This document shows, one piece after another, positions 19,660-30,600 of a stretch of 64,000 nt of DNA (position 1 is its first letter; each line of letters starts with the position of its first letter). Where the stretch lies: positions 9,424,001 to 9,488,000 of the forward strand of contig OZ059894.1 of the NCBI GenBank assembly GCA_964057225.1, read 5' to 3'. Origin of the DNA: Auanema rhodensis. Its lineage: Eukaryota > Animalia > Nematoda. A model generated the notes under the pieces. The model was not told the DNA's origin and made no database searches. It worked only from the letters and a program-made list of their open reading frames with translations. Made by a program: the position numbers and the translations under genes.

Positions 19660-21012
19660 ATGCGCTCAGTTGTGATTGTCACTCTCTGTTGTTTGGTATA
19701 TACTGTCATGTCTGGAATGGTTGGTGGTTGGACTTCCCAGAATGCTTCTGATGCCGAATTCATGGTGAGATTAAATATTCATTTTTAACTGTCATGCCTA
19801 TTATCCAGTTCTCTTATCTATTTATCAGTATTTTTTTAGGATAAAGCTTGGAAAGCTGCCAAGGGTGTAAATGATGATGCTTCCAATTCTGGACCTTATC
19901 ACATGATGCCAATCAAAGTGAGTTAGCTTGATTTTCACATTACATTATAGCCACATGACGCTGCTGAAGGGTGTAGTAGAGGAAACATATTTATTGATTG
20001 AAAGCATGAGTTCTGTGTATCGTAGTAAGAGAGAAAATGTAGAAGTAAATAAGTAAGACTAAAAACAATCGATAATGGTGATGAGATCATAGGAATTGCT
20101 TGAGTTGAATATTTGGAATCTTATTGGTTAGTGTCATCTGATCAACGAGAGAAGAGTGTGAATCTCCAGATGGCATCATGATGCTGTTCGCCAATTTAGA
20201 GTTTTGTGTCACTGGGGGGACAACTGTAGTAGCAGTAATATCGTGATTCTTGATGATCAGGATGATAGTAGCTCCACCCAACATACCAGCCCATAGTACC
20301 CAGAAAAGCACAATTGCTCCATACCTGAATTGAGGGTAAAAATGTGATTAAATCTTCTGAATCTACTCACCTAATTATAAATCCTGTTCCTTTGCTACGA
20401 ATTTCTGTTAGCTCAGTCTGGGAATATCCAACGTTGAAAGGAATGTTCTCTTTAGAATCCATAAATTGCTGCCTAAGGGTAAAGAAGATGAAACTAAAAA
20501 GAAATAGAAAGCGTCTTCTTTAAATATTTCTTGATAAGACGGACTAATTTCTCCGTTTTAATCAGACCAATGTTCATACAGTTCACTTTTGCTCCGAAAT
20601 TCGATATTTACTGAAAAAAGTCAAATATCATTATTTACTGAAGATCAAATAAATTCTTAAAACTTTGCCTTTGCAGGTTCTTTCCGCTAAGTCTCAAGTT
20701 GTTGCTGGAACTCAATATGAATTTGAAATTCTATTCGGAGAATCTACTTGTAAGAAGGGAGTAAGTGGTAATGCACTTGGAATTATATAAAATCATCGTT
20801 TAAGGAAATGCAAGCCACTGAACTGTCTTCTGCAAACTGTCAGTTGAAGGATCAACCAGCTCGCCATGTAACTTATGAAATAATAGTTTTCTGTTTTACC
20901 GTTTTATACCTTTCAGATCTATAATGTTATTCTGTGGGAAAAGCCATGGGAAAACTTCCAACAATTCACTGTAAAGAAGGTCCGTAATGTTGAGCCAGCT
21001 GAACAGTTCTAA
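19660..21012 (+). CDS. Cystatin (type 2 cysteine protease inhibitor), CPI-1/CPI-2-like; cystatin A
   Basis: Five exons: signal peptide, [40 protein letters not shown]...NC, EKPWENF. Intron 2 (19918-20676) is enlarged. Confidence 0.93.
20080..20616. repeat. Direct-repeat copy 1 (~540 bp; partner at 24006-24545)
   Basis: Read-off comparison shows near identity at offset 3926. Confidence 0.95.
20087..20462 (-). CDS. Nested 109-aa single-pass membrane protein, copy 1 (in cystatin A intron 2)
   Basis: Exons 20462-20371 and 20324-20087 with a 46-nt GTGAG..TTCAG intron. [74 protein letters not shown]...KQFL*. AG acceptor 10 nt upstream of the ATG; AATAAA on the minus strand at ~19990. Confidence 0.75.
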
Positions 21013-21617
21013 CTGCTCAATAATCCGTAGATTCAACAACAATATTGAATTTCTCATTTGATATTTGTTTTTGTCGTTGATAAACCACGTCTAGAAATGT
21101 TGTAAATGTGTGTAAATCTCTTCTTCCATATATAAAATTCCCATTTTATGTAACCGAATAAACATTTTGTATATATTTTTTGTATTGTTGTAGACTTTAA
21201 ACGATGGACAGGTTTTGCTATAACCTATTCAAGTTTGATACAAACTTTAAATATCATGAATATGGAAAGCCAACCTATTTTTGAGTGAAATAATTATATT
21301 TAAACACATTTCGAACGAGAAAAAGTTTATGTATGCTATATGTTCAATATTTTATTGAAAAATTGTATTTGTTTACTCATTTTTTGTAATAATAGTAAGA
21401 TTGATATGGTTTGATTTGAAGAGAAAGTAGAAATTAGAAAGAGAAAAGTAAAATTAAAGTTTTGATGATTATAGATTCTTATCAAAAAAAGTTATTCTTT
21501 GTAAATAAACAAAGATTATTTGGAGATCAAAATCCTCTATATTAGTGAGAAATGTCATTGAGATTTTCAGTCTGTGCCGATTCACTGCGTTGAATCTTCA
21601 CTTCTTCTCTATCGAAA

Positions 21618-22135
21618 ATGAAATTATTCATCTTTGCCCTCATGGTTGCTGCCGTTGCTGGAAGTTTAGTTGGTGGATGGACTGAACAAGACGCTTCTGA
21701 TTCCAAGTACCTTGACATGGCTTGGGGAGCTAGTGGTGAGATCAATAAGGAACACAGCGGAGGAGATAAAGCTCTTGTTCCCAGAAAGGTATCACACTCC
21801 CAGTTGACCTAATAGATTTATTGTTTTTATTGTTCAGATCATTACCGCCAGATCTCAAGTTGTAGCCGGAGTTAACTATGAAGTTGAGGTTGAAATGGCT
21901 GAATCCGACTGTTCGAAGGTAATATTTGTCAATATAATTCTTCATAAAAAAGAATAATCTTCCAGAATGACGTGCCCACTGCTGACAAGTGCCATCCAGA
22001 AGATAACTCTGAAGGATACGTAAGATCTTTTCAGAAGATGAAACCTCTTATTTCTCATTTCAGGTGTACACGTTCCGTAAATTCGAACAACCCTGGACTA
22101 ATACTGAGGAATTTTCCGTCGTTAAGAAACCATAA
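21618..22135 (+). CDS. Cystatin B
   Basis: Four exons: MKLFIFALMVAAVAGSLVGGW...PRK/IITARSQVVAGVNYEVEVEMAESDCSK/NDVPTADKC.../VYTFRKFEQPWTNTEEFSVVKKP*. Confidence 0.92.
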
Positions 22136-23659
22136 TTCACCTGAATTATATTTGTTTTTAACTATTTCATTTCTTAATAAATATTCCCAATATTAAAAAA
22201 ATTGTAAATAAAACAAAAGAAGTTGACAAAAGAAAAAACAAATTCTGATCTAATGTTTGAATCTTCTTGTGTACCTAGGCGTAAGTCTAGCAAAACACGA
22301 AACAAGTTTTTTTAAATCCACAAATTAACTTTTCCGTCTGTCCGTTCGTTCGTTCCATTCAAATTTTATTTTTATTTTCTAATGTTATGGACAACACAAG
22401 CTTGTTGTTTGTTTTTAATATCTAGATAGTACCAGTAAATTTCAGATTTTATTGAAAAGAAAATGAACAGATGATTTCATACAGAAATAACAATTTTATT
22501 TCAAAAATATAAATAAATTTATGAACTTTGTTGTAAAAGAACAAAGAAATTTGGTAATTTTCGAATAGAATTCATTAACATCTGGACAGATAACATAACA
22601 GTTCGTTCTCAGTTCATCGTGAATGGTTGTAAAATTGGTTGTAACTTTTCTTGTACAACGTGTTACATGACTAATTTGTCAGATCACAAAGATTAATTTC
22701 AAGTTTTTCATTTAACCAAGTTTGTTTTTGATCAAAATTGTTTTTAAAAAACTTTTTATGTATCTATGACGTCCGAAAGTATGGCACAGCTAATTGAACT
22801 AAATATCGTTTCGAATAATTGGTCTATAGAATCAATCGGGCAAACACGCAAGTTATGCCATGATCAAGTAAAGTTCAGTTCAGTTCATAGAACAGATGGT
22901 AAATAACTAGAAATATTGAAACAAAACTATGAGGAAGGATAATCACTTCACAGCAGAGGAATAACCTGCTGTGTAAGTAAGCTACTTTCCTATGCGTTTA
23001 ATACGTTAACTATACAAAAGCACTGGATGTCCATTAACAGTGAAGCACAGAAGATTCGAACTCATGATTCTTAACAATGATTTCTTGAAATCCTATCAAT
23101 AAACTAAAATTTTCAGAAGAGTATTACTAAAGATTAAGAAAAGAATTACATATCATCACCAGTACTAGAAAGAAAGAAAATACCTCTGTGATAAACTTGT
23201 AAAGTTATGTCATCACAATAATCTTCACTGGTTATCTGATCATAGTTAGTGTATGATACTAATGTTATTACTATTTCATTGGTTTCAAACTAGTAACGAG
23301 TTTGTATACCAGGAACTAACACGTTGTGAAAGAAATCTAAACATAAACATTATTTTTGTGTTTAAACTATCTAATATGTAACAGGAATATATATTTTCAA
23401 ATCAATTTAAGTTCAATTTAAGTTTATTATCAGCATTTTGGTTGAAAAGGATTTTTTTTTTAAATTCATAAGTACATTGGACTAATTATGGGCGGAGATT
23501 TTAAAATTCTGGTAATAACATAGTCTGGTATGAAAAAATGCTTAGGCTATATGCTGTCATTTGAATTCAAATAATTAATTCTCTGAAAAATTATTATCAA
23601 TCTTATCGTTTTATTTTAATTTTAAAATTTTCATTGTTCACAGGTTAATAAACTACAAA

Positions 23660-24918
23660 ATGAAATTATTTATACAATTTATGGTCTTAATCAATTTCAT
23701 GATAAATGTGAATGCTGATTGGCCTATTACAAGTTTTGGTAGCCCATCACGTATGAATATCTCAAATCCTTTAATTATGGTAAAGCAATAAGATTCATAT
23801 TACAGCATATTTGTAGAAATATTTAAAGAAAATAGCATGGAAAGCAGCAATGAAAGTGAATCAAGAAGATCAAAATAATACTTACAGCTTGATACCTTTC
23901 AAAGTAAGTTTGACTCTATTTCCTCAGAATATTTATTGATTAAAGAGTTGAAGCTTGATATTCCCGTAACAGTTGGAAAGAGAAATAGAAATGAATAATC
24001 ATTATGATGAGATCATAGGAATTGCTTGAGTTGAATATTTGGAATCTTATTGGTTAGTGTCATCTGATCAACGAGAGAAGAGTGTGAATCTCCAGATGGC
24101 ATCATGATGCTGTTCGCCAATTTAGAGTTTTGTGTCACTGGGGGGACAACTGTAGTAGCAGTAATATCGTGATTCTTGATGATCAGGATGATAGTAGCTC
24201 CACCCAACATACCAGCCCATAGTACCCAGAAAAGCACAATTGCTCCATACCTGAATTGAGGGTAAAAATGTGATTAAAGCTTCTGAATCTACTCACCTAA
24301 TTATAAATCCTGTTCCTTTGCTACGAATTTCTGTTAGCTCAGTCTGGGAATATCCAACATCGAAATGAATTCTCTCTTTATAATCCATGACAAGAGGTCT
24401 AAGGGTAAAGAAGATGAAACTAAAAAGAAATAGAAAACGTCTTCTTTAAATATTTCTTGATAAGGCCCACTAATTTCTCCGTTTTAATCAGACCAATGTT
24501 CATACAGATCACTATTGTACTTCCAAAATTCAATATTTACTGAAATAAAACGAACAGTTAGATCATTCAGAATTATCATTTTCTTGCAGGTACTCGATGC
24601 GTATTTTCAAGTAATTGCTGGTTCTCTGATTAAGCTTCAGGTCTTATATGGGAAATCAAACTGTTTGAAAACAGTATGGCTGTTTACGATCACATTCTTC
24701 ATAATAAATAAATTTCAGGAAGTTGATACTCTAGAAAGGTTATTCCTCTGCTCCCCAAACATTGAAACAGATCGTCAAGTCGGTATAATATTATCCGTTT
24801 GCAGCTAGACATTTTTTTATAGATTTACAATGTGACAGCAATCGAGCAAACTTGGAACAACTTTCAATCGATAAGAGTCTTCAAAATCCGAGACGTATCC
24901 ATTTCTGAAATATTATAA
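23660..24918 (+). CDS. Divergent cystatin C
   Basis: Five exons with the same intron positions as cystatin A: MKLFIQFMVLINFMINVNA.../KIAWKAAMKVNQEDQNNTYSLIPFK/VLDAYFQVIAG...SNCLKT/...LCSP.../IYNVTAIEQTWNNF...SEIL*. Intron 2 is 23904-24589. Confidence 0.85.
24006..24545. repeat. Direct-repeat copy 2 (partner at 20080-20616)
   Basis: Near identity to 20080-20616. Confidence 0.95.
24013..24388 (-). CDS. Nested 109-aa single-pass membrane protein, copy 2 (in cystatin C intron 2)
   Basis: Exons 24388-24297 and 24250-24013. [18 protein letters not shown]..., otherwise identical to copy 1. AATAAA on the minus strand at ~23932. Confidence 0.75.
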
Positions 24919-25570
24919 ACTAAAAAAGAAATCTAATGTTTTGTTTTGTGAATATTCTGTTTTATCATAAGACTAGCGGAATAAATGATTAAATATAAAA
25001 TTATTAATCTTTTTCATCATTTTCTATGATAATAGAATATTATATAAGTTTTTGTTTTATAAATATTCATATCTCCTAGCAGGTTCACACTTATCGTAAG
25101 TACAAAAGATGTGCTGAAGAGAATTAAAAATGAACCTTATTCTTCACTCATCATTCATCAATTTTATACAAAATATGAATAATTTAGCTTTTATCGATTT
25201 CCCTTATATGATTATTAAATTTAATACCAATTCAGAACATATTCTTTTTTATTTTAAATCATTTTTAACACAAAAATAATGAACTTTAAGAACGTGCCAT
25301 TAAAAATGTAGTACGTAATGTGCATAGGCTGAATAAAATATTTTAAGTTGCATCTGATGCTGACGTCAATGACCGTATTTTCAAATCGTTTTTATGTAAA
25401 ATACATTTTTACTGTTTTTCATATTGTCGTAAGCTGGAATAGTTCTTTCTTATCTTTTTTATGGGAAAACATTCAAGCCTTTAAAGGTTTTTTTTCGGAG
25501 TCTGACGTCTTTTTGTGGAATTGCCCTTGTTTCACATTATGAATATTATTTTATGTTTTGCAGGTAGATC

Positions 25571-26952
25571 ATGTTGAGAAAATTAGTAGCTTCTAGTCAT
25601 AAATGTTTGAGTAACCGTCTTTTTTCTGCAGCAGCTCCTGCTTCTTCCGGACAAATTGATAAAGAAGTAAGTATATAACTAATGATAAATCTTTAAATAT
25701 TCTGGACTTGTTGATATGTTTTTATTATATTTGTCTCAGGCTCTGATGAAACTTAGAAAAAAAACAGGATATAGTTTCATCAACTGTAGAAAAGCACTTC
25801 TTGAATTTGGTCCCAATCGAATGGATGAAGCTGAAAAATGGCTTAGAGAGTTAGCTCAAAAGGAGGGATGGGCCAAAGCTGTAAAGTAAATTTGATTTAA
25901 TATTAAAATAAAACTGTATTTCGTACTTCTAGATTAAGTGCTCGTGAAACAACACAAGGATTAATGGGAGTTGCTGCTTCTGGCTCAACTGCCGCTCTGC
26001 TCGAGTTAAGCTGTGAAACGGATTTTGTTGCCCGTGGTGATAATTTTAAAGCTCTGGTTGTTTTTATAATTGTTTTTGAGAGTTCATGCTAATGATTTAC
26101 AGCTTGAACAACTTACGACTGTTGCTCTGAAATCCACAGCACAATCTTCGTTGAAAAAAGATGCTTCAAAAATTACTCAAGTAAACTTCGGTATTTTCTT
26201 TGAAGTTATGAGAAAAACTGATTTGTTTGACAGATTTGAAGGAATTGAAAACAAATGAGAACAAAACATTGGAGGAAGTTGTTGCTCTATCTGTTGGAAA
26301 ATTAGGTGAAAATATTACCGTGAAAAAGGCTCTCATTCTTGTTGCTCCTGAAGGATCAACATTATATTGCTCTTCCCATCCTAAGGGTTAGATTTTTGTT
26401 AAATTTCTTTATTTATTTTTTTCTTCAGATGGAACAGATGATGTTAATATGGGACGATTTGTTTCAGTTGTTGCATTGAAGAGAGCAGAGAAAGAAGTTT
26501 GTACTTTTCCGAAATTTTTGAATATTTTTCATTGAAGGGGCTATTCCCGACTGAAAAACTAGCTAATCAAGTATGCCAACATATCATCGGAATGCGTTCA
26601 GAATCAGTCGGTGAACCACCAAAGGCTGTTGCCAAGGTTTTTTCTTAATCGATGCAGATTAAGCTGTTATATCTTACTTGATTATAGGGGGATGTCAGCT
26701 CTAAAAAAGAGGAAAATGGAGATAAAGATGAATTAAACGATTTCTTCCAAGGACAAGTATATCTCACATTTAAATAAATTTAAATACGAAAATTGTTTTT
26801 AGACAACGACTATCAATGATGATGAAACATCTCTTCTTCGTCAAGCTTTCATGCTTAATCCTTCTCAAACTGTTCACGAGTACTTAAACGGTCATGAAGC
26901 TAAAGTTCTTGATTTTGTTAGATGCCAACTTGGAGGTGAACGTGATGATTAA
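25571..26952 (+). CDS. tsfm-1: Mitochondrial elongation factor Ts
   Basis: Basic transit-peptide-like N-terminus; [20 protein letters not shown]; QGLMG; [11 protein letters not shown]; GKLGENI; QHIIGM; LDFVRCQLG. Confidence 0.94.
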
Positions 26953-28719
26953 AGTTTAATAGTTTTTATAGATTAGTTATATTTGTTAGTTGTTATGCAA
27001 TTGTTAAACTTTTAAGTTGACATAAATGAATTTTTAAAAAAGCAAATGTTTTAGTTGTTGTATGCTAGATATACATCTTTAAGGCTTGAGAAAGTTCACA
27101 AGATGATGGAGTTTCAAAATTAATTAAGCTTTTAAGTTTTAGTACTACATAAGCTGGAAGAATACTTCACCTTTGATTTATTTAAGTTGGAGCGTTCACG
27201 AAAAAGGGAGAGAACCCGAAGATTTAGTAATGTTGTCGGCGGCCAAATGTCTCATATCGATTCCTCCATCTCTCACTCCTCCCCTTTCTGTCTCCAATCT
27301 TTTATGGCTTCAGAAGCTTTTCCATTCACATTTTAACAGTTAACTATTTTTTTTCCATTATAAATGTTGTTCATTCAGTAATTGTGTATGAGAAAAATCA
27401 AAATTTCACTGAGATCTTTTTAAATATTAAATATATTTCTATTCTAGAGATTCTAATTTCATTGTCATTTTTCTGAAAACAAGGTATTTTACCAAAGGTT
27501 TATGAAGATTAATATTTGGCAGACAATAAACATCCAAAAGCTTCTTATCTAAATCTAGCAACGAGAACTTTTCATTATCATTTTTTCTGATTTTCCCTTT
27601 TCAGAGAAGAATAGTCTCTGAAAGATTAAACCTCAGAGAGATGTAGGGAGGAAGGAGGGGAGAGAGGGTACAAGAGATGTTGATGAAGGAAAAGGTGAAG
27701 AGTGACAGGGAAACAAAGGGAATAAAACCTCTGAAAGAATGCTTCGCTGCAGCAACTGCTTGTCAGTTATTTTCCCAGTGTCGCTTAAAGTTTTTCCTCT
27801 CTCCGCATGCTCGATATATGCTTACTTCTGAGATACCTTCTCGTTTTTCCTGTTTGTATTCCCAGAACACGTAGAGCTAGAGCGTTGGCGTCTTCTTGCA
27901 ATTTGCAATCTATATATTTCAAAATAAACCTGTTAAAGAAGTCAATTCCATTTTGAAGAACTCTCATGCATGTTCATCAAGTTGCTCAGAACTGATTTGA
28001 AAGGTAAACTTCGTGTTGTCGTCGGCTGTTCTTATCTTTGATGAAAGCCTCAATGATCAGTTTACTATCTTGAGATAATATGATTCATCAAACGGATTAA
28101 GTTTACAAATAGTGAAATTCAGTCGTACGTGAATGACGTCGATGACGTGGATAACATTACCACGTGAACTCATTTATTGAGCAGACAGGGCAAAGAGCGG
28201 TTGTATGTCATAAGCGTATATCTTACAAAGCATACTCTATCTGTTTTTCTCGCGAAATTCGGCACCCACCCCCGCTAGCTTTTAATTGTTTTTAGTTGTA
28301 CTATATATAAGCTTACATTCATAATTTTTATTTTCTGTCTATCTTCATTCATCGTTATCGTCGAGTTCGTTTCCTTGATCAAAGAATCTATGTGTCTTTT
28401 TTCTTTCATCTCCCCTGGTATATGTAAATATAATTGAAAATATATTAAAGTTAAAGCATAATCTATATACTATGTAAATCTATCCATTTATATTTTTCAC
28501 TTCCGGGTTGTCAGAATCTTATTGTTGTATATGTCAATTAGAATTTGCTATTCCTTTTTCATTTTCATTAACTTTTTTTCTTATTTAATCGTATAATGTT
28601 CATATTTGTTCTCTAACCTAACCGAATTTCTAAACATTGATATAATCTTCTGAAGGTGAAGCTTTGTGCTTTTGCTCTACCACCGGTATGCATCAAGTGT
28701 GTTTCTGTGTTTTCTATCA

Positions 28720-28757
28720 GTGTGTGTGTGTGTGTGTGTGAGTGTGTGTGTGTGTGT
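28720..28757. repeat. (TG)n microsatellite
   Basis: Direct reading; one interruption. Confidence 0.9.
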
Positions 28758-29613
28758 TACCTGATCTCAACGTTACTCTCAAGATTCTGAATTTGAGCCA
28801 TAAAACATTTCTTTTTCTGGCTCAAGCTTACTGCTGGTTCTGCATATTTTGTATAGAGGATGTGGACAAATCTATTTTTTTTATGTTTTTAAGATAAATT
28901 GCAAAACAATTAACAAGAAATGTATATATCTTATTCTGATTTCACTCTAAGTAAAGTTCAAGGTGACTTAAGCGATATTACAAAGTTTCTGGCAAAGTAG
29001 GAGAAATGCACAATTCGAAATAACAAGCTGAAACGAAAGATTATGGACTGCAGATGAATAACATCTCAGTGGCATATAGGCTTGCCTACGTATGTATGTC
29101 CTCCCACATAGCTATTATTCCGTTTTTTCACATGTCATTTAGCAATCTCAAACTTATTTTAAACTTTTTTTCTTAATATAGTATGTATGAGCAGGTTTTG
29201 TGCATTTAGGGAGCATGATGAAGGATTGAAGGGCAAGGGCTAAGACTAGAACGAGAGAAAGAGAGGAAGGGAGGAGCGGAGAAGCGGATGAGGGAAAGAG
29301 TTTTGAACAGTTAGTTGGCTGAGTCTCCCCTAATACTGAGTGCTTTGTGAACACGTTATTCAACAACGTATCAGCATGAGGAATCCTCAAATTGAGTTTC
29401 ACTTATCGCTCAAACACCACACCGTGTTGAGGTCTAGAAGGAAATTCAGAATACTTCTTGCAAACTTCTCATTATTGACGGTCCGATTATTTTATTTTTG
29501 GTTTTAGTTTCAATATTGCTATTGAATTTTCAATTTTTCTTCATATATCTCTTATGTAAACTGTCCTTATCTTTCATAATTTTTACTATTTTTAATTATT
29601 TTCAGAGGTCTTC

Positions 29614-30203
29614 ATGATCGTGAACGTCTGTGCATCCAGCCGGAATTCTCGAGAAAATGTGAGTTTTCTTAATTTATAACATAATAAATATTGAATAGAA
29701 GTTTAATTAAAATATGTTCAATCATTTCAATCATTTAATTTTCTAAAATTCTTTCTATCTTTTCGTTCTCGCTAACGAAAAAAAAGAAAGAAATGAAGAT
29801 GTTCTGCTCTCATGATGCACCAACCTATTATTATCAAGTTAATATATATTATTTTGTATTTAATCATTTATAAATATAATATAAAACATTAAAAAATATA
29901 GAAAGTTCTTATTCTTATAATGAAATTCATACTTTTTTTTCAGTTTTGTCAAGTGTACTACTATCTGGATGAAGAACAAAGTACATCAACATCAGATAGA
30001 AAAAAGACTTCTGATATTAAAGTGGAAAAAAGTGAAAACAATGAAATCAAAAAATTACAAAAAAATATTCATAAAGTATGTTTCATCGTTGTCATAGATT
30101 ATTAAGAAACTTGAATATCTGATTATAGATCGACACCGATAAACCGTCATTTTTAAAGAAATTGTTTGTCAAAATGACATCCATGCGACGTGTGCTCATC
30201 TAG
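29614..30203 (+). CDS. Small orphan protein (~83 aa, 3 exons)
   Basis: TTTTCAG 8 nt before the ATG. MIVNVCASSRNSREN/FCQVYYYLDEEQSTSTSDRKK...NIHK/IDTDKPSFLKKLFVKMTSMRRVLI*, phase-0 GT-AG introns. No recognised domain. Confidence 0.5.
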
Positions 30204-30564
30204 TTAAATATTATTTCAGCTCTAACAAAAACTTTTTTTTATGAATATAAAACTTGAAGCTTTTTTTTATCATCAGAGCTGTGATTTCTAACAAATTGCC
30301 CACAAGAATCCCCCTTCTCTCTCTCCCTTTATCTCGTTTTTCTTTCTTCTCTCGTCCTCTCTTTCTAATAACCAACATCATTTTTAAGATTGTACATTGT
30401 ATTATTTACTGCACTTTTTTCAATTTTTGTACATTTCTCTGTAACTTTGTAATCATATACCCACTGGTTTTGGAAAATTCTCAAAAAATAGTTCATTGAG
30501 TACTTTTATATATATTTTATTGAATTTGTACATGATCTCTCCCTACCGTGTGCGTTCGTATGAT

Positions 30565-30566
<2 letters not shown>

Positions 30567-30597
<31 letters not shown>
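30567..30597. repeat. (CT)n microsatellite
   Basis: Direct reading. Confidence 0.9.

Positions 30598-30600
<3 letters not shown>

Noticed and set aside
23040-23072. B-box-like GTTCGAATC on the minus strand
   Set aside because: No cloverleaf or A box; insufficient to call a tRNA or SINE.
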